Shown: positions 29,892 to 41,299 of the stretch, one piece after another | Layout of the letters: each line of letters begins with the position of its first letter | How positions within the stretch are numbered: the first letter of the stretch is position 1 | DNA from: an uncultured Thermoleophilia bacterium | GTDB lineage: Bacteria > Actinomycetota > Thermoleophilia > UBA2241 | NCBI GenBank assembly: GCA_963808735.1 | Contig: CAWEHE010000008.1 | Location: 192,719-256,718 of the forward strand | Reading direction: 5' to 3' | DNA length: 64,000 nucleotides | Made by a program: the position numbers and the translations under genes | Notes under the pieces: model-generated | What the model saw: only the letters and a program-made list of their open reading frames with translations | The model's database searches: none | What the model was told of the DNA's origin: nothing

Positions 29892-30665
29892 TCAGCCGTC
29901 GTCCAGCAGGCCCTTCCGCTCCAGATGCGCCATGCTCTCCACGACGCTGGCCTCGTCGAGCAGTTCCAGGATGACCGTCGCGCCGCTGGCCCGCGCCGCG
30001 CGGATCACGGCGCCGGCGTCGACCACCCCGCGGCCGAGCGGGAGATGCGGGTCGCCGGCGTCGGCCGGGCCGCGGTTGTCGTGCAGGTGGACGTGCGCGA
30101 GCTCCGCGTGCGGCTCGCGCAAGAAGTCGTGCAGGGTGCCGCAGATGGCGGCGTGGCCGGTGTCGAGGATGAGCCCCAGGCCGCCGAGATCGAGGTCGCC
30201 GGGCGCCCCGAAGTGGGAGAAGCCGACGCCGGGCATGTTCTCGACGACGATGCGCACGCCGAGCTCGCGCTGGTAGTCCTCGAGCTCGGCGAACGTCCGC
30301 CGCAACGCATCCAGCACCTTTGGGTCGCGCGGCACCGCGCAGCCCTGGTAGTCGGGATGGACGACGTAGGTCTCGGCGCCGATCTCCGCCGCCGCCTCGA
30401 GGTGGCGGCGGTGGACGGTCAGGGCGTGCCGGCGGTCCCGCTCGCGCGGGCTGCCCGGCTCCAGGTCGTCGAAGGGGCCGTGGACGGTGAGCCGCAGACC
30501 ACTCTCGATCGCGGCTCTGCGGTTCGACTCCGACAGCAGGGTGTGATCCTCGCCGGAGGCGATCTCGGCCAGGGTGGCGTAGTCGGCTACCCTGGCGAGC
30601 GCCTCGCCGAGCGGCAACCGGTACCACACGTCGCTGGGGAGGCCGATGTCGGGCGGAAGCATCAT
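29892..30665 (-). CDS. sugar phosphate isomerase/epimerase, paralog 2
   Basis: Start at internal ATG 30665 (MMLPPDIG..). Same motif set as 27901..28665 (VVENMPGVG, HVHLHDNRG). The track N-terminal extension to 30947 is likely spurious. Confidence 0.65.
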   Translation of the reverse strand: MMLPPDIGLPSDVWYRLPLGEALARVADYATLAEIASGEDHTLLSESNRRAAIESGLRLTVHGPFDDLEPGSPRERDRRHALTVHRRHLEAAAEIGAETYVVHPDYQGCAVPRDPKVLDALRRTFAELEDYQRELGVRIVVENMPGVGFSHFGAPGDLDLGGLGLILDTGHAAICGTLHDFLREPHAELAHVHLHDNRGPADAGDPHLPLGRGVVDAGAVIRAARASGATVILELLDEASVVESMAHLERKGLLDDG

Positions 30666-30789
30666 GGCTCCCAGTGTACCCGGGTCCTGCGGCGGGCTGT
30701 CGGTCCCGGCGAGCATTGGTACACTGGGCGGGCGGCCCCGGCGTACCCCGGGGGAGAACGGCCTACCGCGGCCCACCAGGAGGAGCCCG

Positions 30790-31700
30790 TGACCCCCATC
30801 CGGCAGATCCAGCAGCAGCACGGCATCATCGGGCGCGAGCGCGAGCTGGCGACGGCCCTCGCCGTGCTCGGCACCGGCCGTCACCTGCTGCTCGAGGGGC
30901 CGGTCGGCGTGGGCAAGACCACGGTCGCCCTCGCCGTCTGCGGCCACCTCGGGCGCGACACGGTGCGCGTCGACGGCGACGACCGCTACTCCGAGAGCAA
31001 GCTCACCGGCTGGTTCGACCCGCCGCTGGTCCTCAAGGCGGGGTACGGGGAAGAGGCCTTCTTCCCGGGCCCGCTGACCTCAGCCATGCGGGAGGGGCGC
31101 GTGCTCTTCATCAACGAGCTCAACCGCATGCCCGAGAGCGTGCAGAACGTGCTGCTGCCGGCGCTCGACGAGCGCCTCCTGCAGTTGCCGCACATCGGCG
31201 AGGTGCGCGCGGTGGACGGCTTCCAGGTGGTGGCGACGCAGAACCCCGTCGAATACGTCGCCACCGGCCACCTCTCGGAGGCGCTGCGCGACCGCTTCGA
31301 GCACCTCGCGCTGCTCTATCAGGACGCCGCCGGAGGAGGCGGCGATCGTGGTCGCCGAGACCGGCTCCGACGACGCCCAGCTGGTGCGCACCGCCGTGCG
31401 TCTCACGCGGGCGACGCGGCTGCACCCGCGCTTTCGCAAGGGCGCGTCCGTGCGCGGCGCGATCGCGACGGTCGCGATCGCCGAGCGGCTGTGGGCCGAC
31501 GACCGCGACGCCTGCGGGGCCGGTGAGACCGCGAGACGCTGCGCCGCGCGGCCGAAGCCGCCCTCACCACGCGCGTCGACCTGCGCGACGACATCGACGC
31601 CGACTTCGGCGCCGCGCTCGACGAGCTGCTCGACCTCGTCGTCGAACGCGGCGAGGACCCCGACGTCGCGCTCGCGCCGGCGGCCTCCCCAAAAGCCTGA
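30790..31700 (+). CDS. MoxR-like AAA+ ATPase, second copy; two apparent frameshifts (near 31330 and 31520)
   Basis: GTG 30790. Walker A GPVGVGKTT, Walker B VLFINELNRM. Continues in +1 frame (EEAAIVVAETG..AVRLTRATRLHP..), then back in frame 0 after 31527 (PETLRRAAEAALTTRVDLRDD..ALAPAASPKA*). Confidence 0.65.
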
Positions 31701-31936
31701 GCCCCGTCGGCGGGGCGCCGCTCCGCCACTACGGCCGCGTCGAGGTCCGCGGCCTTCCGGCGTGCGCCCCGGAACTGCCGGCGGGCGACGCGCCGCTCGC
31801 CGCACTCGCCGACCGTTACCGCGTCGACCAGGAGGCGATCGACGGCTGGACCATCGCCGTCAACCTCACGCGCAGCGGTTGCCGCATCGCCGACCCCGGC
31901 CTGCGCTTCTACGCCGAGAAACTCGCGGCGCGGGCC

Positions 31937-32626
31937 GTGCTGCAGCGCGCCGCCCGCCTCGTCGGTCCGCTGCAGTCGGCCAAGCAGACGGTGCGCGAAC
32001 CGCTGCTGGAGCCCTGGGGCGGCGAGCTCGACGTCGAAGCGACCGTGGACAACGTCATCGGCAAGGCGTTTCCGGAACAGAGCGACTGGATCGTGCAGCG
32101 CCGGGTCGACCGGCGGCACCAGGTGGTGCTCATGGTCGACACCTCGCTCAGCATGAGCGGCGAGAACATGGCCATCGCCGCCGTGGCCGCCGCCGTGCTG
32201 GCGCTCAAGCTGCACCCCGAGGACCTCTCCGTGGTCGTCTTCGAGGACAAGGCGAACGCCGTGACGCACCTCGACGTGCCCGACCCGGCGGACGAGGTCG
32301 TGCGCCGCATGCTCGACCAGCCGGTGCGCGGCTACACCAACATCGAGGCCGCGCTGGCGCTCGGCGCCGCCGAGCTGGAGCGCGGCCGCAACCCCCGCCG
32401 CAGCGGCCTGCTGATCACCGACGGCGTGGTCACGGCCGGCGGGGACCCGAGGCCGCTGGCGCACCGCTTCCCGCAGCTCTTCGTGCTGCTCACCGAGGAC
32501 TACAAGATGAACCCGGAGCTGTGCCGCGAGCTGGCCGACGCGGGCCGCGGCGACGTGTTCCCGGTGCGCACCTTCCACGACCTGCCGGCGCGGCTCCTCG
32601 ACGTGGCCAACCGCATCCTGCGGTAG
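31937..32626 (+). CDS. VWA-domain protein, second copy (N-terminus probably extends upstream)
   Basis: MIDAS motif VVLMVDTSLSMSG. First canonical start is GTG 31937, but protein-like in-frame sequence begins near 31700 with no ATG/GTG/TTG. Confidence 0.55.
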   Translation: MLQRAARLVGPLQSAKQTVREPLLEPWGGELDVEATVDNVIGKAFPEQSDWIVQRRVDRRHQVVLMVDTSLSMSGENMAIAAVAAAVLALKLHPEDLSVVVFEDKANAVTHLDVPDPADEVVRRMLDQPVRGYTNIEAALALGAAELERGRNPRRSGLLITDGVVTAGGDPRPLAHRFPQLFVLLTEDYKMNPELCRELADAGRGDVFPVRTFHDLPARLLDVANRILR

Positions 32627-32706
32627 GCGCCGGTAGTCCTCGAGGTGCGGTAGACTGTCACCCGGGCGCCGCGAGGGCGCCCCCAGTCGACCGTGAGGAG
32701 TGGTCT

Positions 32707-33216
32707 GTGGCCGTCTTCGGCCCACCCAACGTCGCCAAACTCGATGCCGCCGGCAAGATCGACGGTCTGGTCCGTGCCGCCAGGTACAAGAAGGACCCCG
32801 AGGTGGCCGCAGCCGCGCGCACGGCGCTCACCGGCTACCTCGACAAGATCATCCAGCGGCTGGACACCAAGAACATCGTCCAGCTCAATACGTCCCGAGA
32901 GGCGCTGCTGATCATCGGCCCGCCGGCGCGGGACAGGCTCATCTTCGTGCTGCAGCAGGGCCACCTGCACCGGCGCCAGGACGCGGCCTTCGTGCTCGGC
33001 ATGATGAAGGACCCGGTCGCGGTCAAGCCACTCTGCGTCGGCCTGCACAACCCCGACCCCCTGCTGCGGGTGATCATCGTCGAGGCGCTGGGCAAGATCG
33101 GCGACCCGGAGGCCACCGACACGCTGCGGCTCGCCCTCGGCGACGTGGACTCGGCCGTATCGGCCGCTGCGAGGAAGTCCCTCAAGCAGGTCGGCGCGCT
33201 TCCGGACAAGAAATGA
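32707..33216 (+). CDS. HEAT-repeat (PBS-lyase-like) protein
   Basis: GTG 32707 after GAGGAG. Repeated A/V..ALG.IGDP motifs (RVIIVEALGKIGDPEATDTL). Confidence 0.6.
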   Translation: MAVFGPPNVAKLDAAGKIDGLVRAARYKKDPEVAAAARTALTGYLDKIIQRLDTKNIVQLNTSREALLIIGPPARDRLIFVLQQGHLHRRQDAAFVLGMMKDPVAVKPLCVGLHNPDPLLRVIIVEALGKIGDPEATDTLRLALGDVDSAVSAAARKSLKQVGALPDKK

Positions 33217-33331
33217 GGACGCCCGGCCCGCCCTCCGGGAGCACGGACTCAGGCGGACACTGAGCGGATCGGCCCCGGGGCGCGGTGCTCGGCGCGGCGG
33301 CCGACGGTAGCACGATGACGCAGGCAGGCAC

Positions 33332-35134
33332 ATGAGCCACAGTGAGGACGACACGACGAAGCTGAGCGGCACCGTGTTCTCGCGCGTGGTGCGCGCGGGC
33401 GCGCTCGCCGTGGTGCGCGAGCAGGAGAGCCTGAACCGCATCAACGTCTTCCCGGTCCGCGACGCGGACACCGGCGCCAATCTGGCGGCGACGCTGAGGG
33501 CGGCGGCCTCGAGGCTGGGGAGCGAGGCGCCCGACTCCGTGGGCGACGCCGCCCGAGTCGCCGCCGACGGCGCCCTCGACGGCGCCCGCGGCAACTCCGG
33601 GGCGATCTTCGCGCAGTTCCTGCACGGACTCGCCTCGTCGATGGAACGGCTCCGCCTGGCGGACGGCCCGCAGTTCGCGGCCGCGGCGGTGAGCGGCACC
33701 GAGTCCGCCTATTCCGCTCTGCAGGATCCGCGCGAGGGCACCATCCTCTCGGTGCTGCGCGCGTGGTCGCACGAGCTCAGCCGGCGCGCGCACGACGAGG
33801 ACTTGCCCGAGCTCATGCACAGCGGGCTGGTGGCGGCGCGCGAGGCCCTCGCCGCCACGCCGCGCCAGCTCGAGGTGCTCGCCCGCAGCCACGTCGTCGA
33901 CGCCGGGGGCCAGGGGTTCGTCTACTTCCTCGAAGGCCTCATGGACTCGCTGCGCGGTGGCCACGAGGCGGCGTGGGCGCCCAGCGAGGCGCCGGCGCGC
34001 GGGCTGCCGCCGTTCTCCGAGGAGCACGACGAGATCGACGACCGCTATCGCTTCTGCACCGAGGCGCTGCTCACGCCTCGCGGCGGGGCGCTGCTCTCGC
34101 GCGACGTGGTGATGACGCGCGTCGCCGGCCTGGGCGAGTCGCTCGTCGTGGCCGGAGGCGACTCGAGGGTGCGCGTCCACCTGCACACCAACGAGCCGCA
34201 GCACTTCCTCGCGGCCGTGGCCGAACTCGGCGTGATCGAGCGCAGCAAGATCGACGACATGGTGCTGCAGCAGCTCGCCGGACGCGAGGCCGCAGTGGCG
34301 ATCGTCACCGACTCGACCGCAGACCTGCCGGAGGACGCCGCCTTCCGCCTCGGCGTGGTGGCCGTCCCGCTCACGCTGACGCTGGGCGAGGAGGAGTACC
34401 TGGACGGCGTGGACATCACGCTGGACGGCTTCATCCACCGCATCGTCGGGGGGAGCGGCGTGCCCCGCTCGTCGCAGCCCGCCGTGGCCGACTTCGCGCA
34501 GACCTACCGCAGGCTGCTCGAGTATCGCGACGGCGTGGTGTCGGTCCACATCGCCGGCGCGATGTCCGGTACCGTGCAGGCGGCGCGGGCGGCGGCGCGG
34601 GAGGTCGACCCCGCGCGCATCCGCGTGATCGACTCGTGCCTGGTCTCGATCGGCACCGGGCTGCTGCTGGACGCCGTCGGCGAGGCCATCGCCGCGGGCG
34701 CCGATCTGGACGAGATCGAGCGGGTCGCGGAGCGCGTCAAGGGTGAGATCAAGATCTTCGGCACCGTGGCCTCGCTCGACTTCGCCGTGCGCGGCGGGCG
34801 CGTGAGCCCGCGCCTGGCGCGCACGCTCACGCGGCTCCACCTCGCACCCATCATCACCTTCGACGAGAGCGGCAAGGCGCAGAAGGGGGGCGCGGCTCTC
34901 GGCTTCGACCGCGCCCTCAACGCGATCGTCAAGCGCGCCGTGCACTACGCCGGCGGCGCGCCGGCCCGCGCCATGGTCGTGCACAGCGGCGACCAGGCGG
35001 GCGCGGATTTCGTGGCCGCCCGCCTCCAGGAGCGCCTCGGCGGCGAGGTCCCGGTGGTGCGCGCCGGCGCCGTCCTCACCACGCACGTCGGCCTCGGCTC
35101 CGTCACGGTGGCCGTGCGCCGCCTGCCCACCTGA
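33332..35134 (+). CDS. DAK2 (DhaL-like) domain fused to a DegV-family fatty-acid-binding domain
   Basis: N-terminal DAK2 signature (DADTGANLAATL, GARGNSGAIFAQF). C-terminal DegV motifs (IVTDSTADLPED, SGTVQAARAAA). Confidence 0.75.
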   Translation: MSHSEDDTTKLSGTVFSRVVRAGALAVVREQESLNRINVFPVRDADTGANLAATLRAAASRLGSEAPDSVGDAARVAADGALDGARGNSGAIFAQFLHGLASSMERLRLADGPQFAAAAVSGTESAYSALQDPREGTILSVLRAWSHELSRRAHDEDLPELMHSGLVAAREALAATPRQLEVLARSHVVDAGGQGFVYFLEGLMDSLRGGHEAAWAPSEAPARGLPPFSEEHDEIDDRYRFCTEALLTPRGGALLSRDVVMTRVAGLGESLVVAGGDSRVRVHLHTNEPQHFLAAVAELGVIERSKIDDMVLQQLAGREAAVAIVTDSTADLPEDAAFRLGVVAVPLTLTLGEEEYLDGVDITLDGFIHRIVGGSGVPRSSQPAVADFAQTYRRLLEYRDGVVSVHIAGAMSGTVQAARAAAREVDPARIRVIDSCLVSIGTGLLLDAVGEAIAAGADLDEIERVAERVKGEIKIFGTVASLDFAVRGGRVSPRLARTLTRLHLAPIITFDESGKAQKGGAALGFDRALNAIVKRAVHYAGGAPARAMVVHSGDQAGADFVAARLQERLGGEVPVVRAGAVLTTHVGLGSVTVAVRRLPT

Positions 35135-35228
35135 CGGCTTTCCACTGCCGCGCAAGGTTTTTCCGCCTCTCGCCTTGGGAACGTGACCCTCGGGCCCGCA
35201 TCCGGGCTCATCGTACGAGGAGGGTTCG

Positions 35229-36793
35229 ATGGCAGTCAGCATTGGCGTGCCCAGGGAGACGGCCACGGGGGAGACGCGCATCGCGCTCGTCCCTGCCGTG
35301 GCGGAGAAGTACGCGGCGCTGGGCGCGGAAGTGCTGGTGGAGCGCAGCGCCGGTCAGCTGAGTCACCTCCGCGACGAGGAGTTCGCGGCGGTCACGCTCG
35401 TCGACACCGCCGCCGAGGTCTTTGCCGCCGACGTCGTCCTCAAGGTCGACCCGCCGACGCCGGCGGAGACCGGGCAGATGCGCGAGGGCGCCGTGGTCAT
35501 CGGCCTGCTCCAGCCCTACAAGGCGGACGACGCGATCAAGGCGCTCCGCGACGCCAAGGTCACCAGCTTCGCCCTCGAGCTGCTGCCGCGCATCACGCGG
35601 GCGCAGTCGATGGACGCGCTGACCTCGCAGGCGTCGATCGCCGGCTACAAGGCGGTGCTGATGTCGGCGTGCATGGCCGGCCGGTACTTCCCGATGCTCA
35701 CGACGCCGGCCGGCACGCTGCGGCCGGCCAAGGTGCTCGTGCTCGGCGTCGGCGTGGCCGGGCTCCAGGCGATCGCCACCGCCCGGCGCCTCGGCGCCGT
35801 CGTCGAGGCCTACGACGTGCGCTCCGTGACCAAGGAGCAGGTGCAGTCGCTGGGCGGCCGCTTCATCGACACCGGCATCGACGCGGAGACGGAGGGCGGC
35901 TACGCCCGCGAGCTCACCGACGAGGAGAAGGCCAAGGCCAAGGAGGTCGTCGACAGCCACATCGTGGAGGCCGACGCCGTGATCACGACGGCCGCGATCC
36001 CCGGGCCGCCCGTCGCCGAAGCTCATCACGGCCGACGTGGTCGACAAGATGAAGCCGGGCGCGGTGATCATCGACATGGCCGCCGAGGGCGGCGGCAACT
36101 GCGAGCTCACCCGGCCCGGCGAGCAGTACAACCACCCCAACGGCGTGTTCATCTACGGGCCGCTCAACATCCCCGGCATGCTGCCGGTGCACGCCAGCGA
36201 CCAGTACGCGCGCAACCTGATGCACTTTCTGACGCCGTTCATCGCCGAGGGCGAGCTCACGCTGGACTGGGACGACGAGGTCCTCGCCGGGAGCGCGCTG
36301 ACGCACGACGGCGCGATCGTCAACAAGGGCGTCCGCGAGCGCATCGAGGGGCCGGACGCGCCGGCGCCGGCGCCCGACCAGGCCACGCAAGAGGCCGAGG
36401 CCATGGGCGCGCCGGACGAGAACGTGCCGCCCAGCCGACGCGGCCGACCAGGACGGAGGCGCGTCATGATCGAGGGCTTCGCGGCCGTCTACATCTTCAT
36501 CCTCGCCGCCTTCGTCGGCTACGAGGTCATCTCCCGCGTGCCGGTCATCCTGCACACGCCCCTGATGAGCGGCTCCAACTTCGTCCACGGCATCGTCGTC
36601 GTGGGCGCGATGGTGGCGCTCGGGGCGGCGGACACGACCCCCGAGCGCATCGTCGGCTTCCTCGCCGTGCTGCTCGGCGCGGCCAACGCCGTCGGCGGCT
36701 ACGCCGTGACCGAACGCATGCTCGAGATGTTCAAGAGCAGCGGCGACCAGAAGAAGAGCGCCGCCGCGGCCGCCGAGACGAAGGGCGGCGGCG

Positions 36794-36801
<8 letters not shown>
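35229..36801 (+). CDS. pntA: NAD(P) transhydrogenase alpha subunit (PntA; alpha1 plus TM alpha2 part), apparent frameshift near 36015
   Basis: N-terminal AlaDH-like domain (VPRETATGETRIALVP, VLVLGVGVAGLQAI). After ..AAIPGPPVAE the frame switches to that of 36037 (KLITADVVDKMKPGAVIIDMAAEGGGNCE). The TM alpha2-like segment from about 36469 may be a separate pntAB gene. Confidence 0.75.
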
Positions 36802-38180
<1,379 letters not shown>

Positions 38181-38190
38181 CGACTCCTGC

Positions 38191-38556
38191 TCACGCGGCG
38201 TACCTCGCCGCGGTCATCCTGGCGGCGGGGGCCAGATGATGGCCCGCGCGGGCGCCGGGCAGCCGGAACCGCCACCTGTCCGACGGGATGTAGATCGACG
38301 GCACCCGGAGCGCGCCGGCGTCGGCGAGACGACGCGCGGCGAAGTCGCCGCTCATGCCGCCGGGGGCGAACGCCACGGCCCCGCCCGGGAGCGCCGAGCT
38401 CGACTGCGTCTGCCCGGCCATGAGGGCGGGCGCCGGCTGCGGGAGGCCGGCCGCCTGCGAGGGGGCGGGCGCCGACGCGATGAACGACCCGGCCACCGCG
38501 AGTGCCGCCAGCGACAGGACCAGGGCGACGGTCACGACTACGGACCTGCGTTCCAT
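38191..38556 (-). CDS. small secreted hypothetical protein
   Basis: ATG 38556 with a strong GAAAGGAGAG RBS. Signal peptide MERRSVVVTVALVLSLAALAVAGS. Confidence 0.5.
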   Translation of the reverse strand: MERRSVVVTVALVLSLAALAVAGSFIASAPAPSQAAGLPQPAPALMAGQTQSSSALPGGAVAFAPGGMSGDFAARRLADAGALRVPSIYIPSDRWRFRLPGARAGHHLAPAARMTAARYAA

Positions 38557-38764
38557 GGGTCTCTCCTTTCGCGTGCCTTCCCGATGCGGCGATGCGTCCC
38601 ACTCAACGTAGCGCGGCCCTGCCGCCGTCGCGTCACCCGGAACGGGTGATTCGCGGCGCAGTTCCCCGGCAGCTCGCGGGCGGGCCGTGCGCGCCGCGAC
38701 CGGCGGCCGGGTTACGTTCCCGGTCACCTCTTGAACCCGGCCGACGCCGCGCCAGACTGGGGCG

Positions 38765-39780
38765 GTGTCCGAGCTGATCGACCAGCTGCAGCGCGCCCTG
38801 CGGGCGCGCCACTACAGCCGCCGCACCGAGCAGGCCTACTGCCTGTGGGTGCGGCGGTACGTCCGCTTTCACGGGCTCCGCCACCCGGCAGACATGGCGG
38901 AGCCCGAGATCAACGCCTTCGTCACGCACCTGGCCGTCACCGAGCACGTCAGCGCCTCGACGCAGACCCAGGCGCTCAGCGCGCTCCTCTTCCTCTACCG
39001 CCACGTGCTGCACCGCCGGGTGGGCGAGCTCCACGAGCTGGTCCGCGCCCGCAAGCAGCCCCGCCTGCCGGTCGTGCTGAGCAGGGAGGAGGTCCGCGCC
39101 GTCCTCCACGAGCTCGACCGCGACGACCGCCAGAGCTGGCTGATCGCCTCGCTGCTCTACGGCGCGGGCCTGCGGCTATCCGAGTGCCTGCGCCTCCGCG
39201 TGCTCGACCTCGACCTGGCCCGAGGCGAACTCACCGTCCGCTCGGGCAAGGGCGGCAAGGACCGCGCCACGACGCTCCCGCGGGCGCTCGTCCCCGACCT
39301 GCGCGAGCAGCTGCGCCGCGCGCGCCTCCTCCACGAGCGCGACCTCGCCGCCGGCTGGGGCGCGGTCGAGCTGCCCGCGGCCCTGGAGCGCAAGTACCCG
39401 CGCGCCCCCTGCGAGTGGCGCTGGCAGTGGGTGTTCCCGCAGCGCGCCGCTGGACGGACAGAGGCACCGGCCGCCAGGGCCGCCACCACGTCCACCCGAC
39501 CAGCGTCCAGCGCGCCGTCCACGACGCCGTGCGGCGCGCCGGCATCGACAAGCACGCCACCTGCCACACGCTCCGCCACTCCTTCGCCACGCACCTGCTC
39601 GAGACCGGCTACGACATCCGCACCATCCAGGAGCTCCTCGGCCACAAGGACGTCGGCACCACCATGATCTACACCCACGTCCTGCAGCGCGGCGGCCAGG
39701 GCGTGCGCAGCCCGCTCGACTCCCTCGCACTCCAGCCGGCAACAGGCCGCCCCCATGGCAGAGGGTCAGAAAGGGAGTAA
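38765..39780 (+). CDS. intI: integron integrase IntI (tyrosine recombinase), apparent frameshift near 39470
   Basis: N-terminal frame: ..LRTEQAY-like [17 protein letters not shown], plus the IntI-specific additional domain [22 protein letters not shown]-terminal part in the +1 frame: [64 protein letters not shown] (box II, catalytic HxxR and Tyr). Confidence 0.85.
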
Positions 39781-40124
39781 TTCATGTGTAGTAAGCGGCC
39801 GCCGCTGCCGCCCTTCGAGTTCGATGTGCGCAAGAGCAGGGTCAACAAGCTCAAGCACGGCATCGACTTCGTCGAGGCGCAGGCGCTGTGGATGGTCGAC
39901 GCGCTCGACAACGAGGCCGTGCGCCTGGCGGTGACCCGGCAGTCGGTGATCAGGGTCTGGCTCTCGGAGAGGATCGACCGGAACTGGCGCGCGCTGGAGG
40001 CCGAGGACGCGCGCCGCAAGAAGCAGACTGGATAATCGGTTCTGCGAGCCCTGTGGTACCTTCTTATGCACAAGTCGGAGGCTGCAGCAGATGTCTTCTC
40101 TCTACTGCAGAAATGCAGTTAGCG
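39781..40124 (+). other. attI region (candidate); proposed crossover GTTAGCG at about 40118
   Basis: Lies between the intI stop and the first attC-bounded cassette. The only GTTRR-like site before the first cassette ORF. Not independently verifiable. Confidence 0.25.
39784..40035 (+). CDS. BrnT/DUF497-like toxin-family ORF (possibly degenerate, no partner)
   Basis: PFEFDVRKSRVNKLKHGIDFVEAQAL resembles the DUF497 N-terminus. Shorter than family members. Confidence 0.3.
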   Translation: MCSKRPPLPPFEFDVRKSRVNKLKHGIDFVEAQALWMVDALDNEAVRLAVTRQSVIRVWLSERIDRNWRALEAEDARRKKQTG

Positions 40125-40145
40125 TGCACATGGCGGTGTCCGAGC

Positions 40146-40682
40146 GTGAACAAGCGGTTCCAGCTGGCCTTCATCGATGAACTCAAGGCGCGCGGGTTCA
40201 AGAAGGCCGGACCGACCTGGCGCAAGCAGGCGGGCGACGCCATCACTGTGTTCAATCTGCAGGGGTCGCAGTTCGGTCCGTCTGTCTACGTCAACTTGGG
40301 CGTCTACTTCCGCCCGCTCGGCGAACTCGAGCGGCCCGACGAAGACCAGTGCCATCTCAGGGCCCGGCTCAGCATGCTCGTCCCCGACGCCGTTCGGCTT
40401 CGCGACCTCCTCGACCTCGATCGGCCGATCCCGGATGACGTCCGCTTCGCCGAGCTGCGGCAGCTGGCCGTGGACTACGCGCTACCGTGGCTCGAGCGGA
40501 CGGCTACTCGCCAGGGCGCCAAGGCATGGGTCACCGCTGGGCCGAATGCCGTTGTACACGTGAAGGCGAGGGTACCTGGGGGTTGCCCGTTGGCACCTAA
40601 CAAGCGGATCAAGCTGGCTCGCCGCGGCGCCGGCGGCCTCACGGGAGGCCGGCGCGCTCGCAGCTTATCCGCGGTGCGTTAG
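40146..40682 (+). CDS. cassette 1 ORF: DUF4304-like hypothetical protein
   Basis: GTG about 40146 (VNKRFQLAFIDELKARGFKKAGPTWRK..). ORF runs into attC and uses the TAG inside the GTTAG core. Confidence 0.45.
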   Translation: MNKRFQLAFIDELKARGFKKAGPTWRKQAGDAITVFNLQGSQFGPSVYVNLGVYFRPLGELERPDEDQCHLRARLSMLVPDAVRLRDLLDLDRPIPDDVRFAELRQLAVDYALPWLERTATRQGAKAWVTAGPNAVVHVKARVPGGCPLAPNKRIKLARRGAGGLTGGRRARSLSAVR

Positions 40683-40685
40683 CCC
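40596..40685 (+). other. attC site 1
   Basis: ACCTAAC..AAGCGGATCAAGCTG..stem-loop..CAGCTTATCCGCGGTGC GTTAGCC. Confidence 0.8.
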
Positions 40686-40855
40686 GGTCGACGGAGCGTT
40701 GTTGAGACTCGTCCTCATCATGGTTGCTGTGCGGCGTACTGGTCGCCGGCGCGTCGCGCATGCGGTGAACCCACGCAGCCCGCCTCGCCCTCTCCCTCCC
40801 AGAGCGGCTGGGCATCCGTGTCGAGCGGTGCGGGCACCTGGACCCGAAGGCCTGG

Positions 40856-41146
40856 GTGCGCGGCGAGAGGTTCCGGCTCACCGTAGGACCGGTCCGCGTC
40901 CGCCTCGTGCAAGAGACTCCTGCCGGGGAGCAGGTTGCTCTCGGCCTCGAGCTCGTCCCGCTCGCACCCGCCGCCGCTCGCAACCAGGCGAGCGCGGGCA
41001 CGAGCCGCGGCGTTCCGAGCGAAGACGGCCGGTCCATGGTCACCGAGTTCCGCACGACCAGGGACGTCCTCGCAGGCACCTACTGCCTCGAACTGCGCGG
41101 GACCGGCCGCTACACAGTCACGGTCTACAGCGCGACTTCGCCATGA
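40856..41146 (+). CDS. cassette 2 ORF: hypothetical protein
   Basis: 96-aa ORF, GTG start, beta-rich C-terminus (TYCLELRGTGRYTVTVYS). Other ORFs in this cassette are low complexity. Confidence 0.3.
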   Translation: MRGERFRLTVGPVRVRLVQETPAGEQVALGLELVPLAPAAARNQASAGTSRGVPSEDGRSMVTEFRTTRDVLAGTYCLELRGTGRYTVTVYSATSP

Positions 41147-41189
41147 GCGCTGCTCGCAGGCATGTAGGCCGGGGGTTGTACAGAGGACG

Positions 41190-41279
41190 GGCTAACAAGC
41201 GGATCAAGCTGGCTCGCCGAAGCGCCGGCGGCCTCACGAGCGGCCGGCGCGCTCGCAGCTTATCCGCGGTGCGTTAGGC
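41190..41279 (+). other. attC site 2
   Basis: GGCTAAC..GTTAGGC, type A arms. Confidence 0.8.
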
Positions 41280-41299
41280 GCACAGAGGCGGTGGCGCGG

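Noticed and set aside
38765-39780. Interpreting the intI frameshift as biological inactivation of the integron
   Set aside because: The same kind of single-base frame break affects about a dozen conserved genes on this contig, so sequencing error cannot be excluded. Reported as apparent only.
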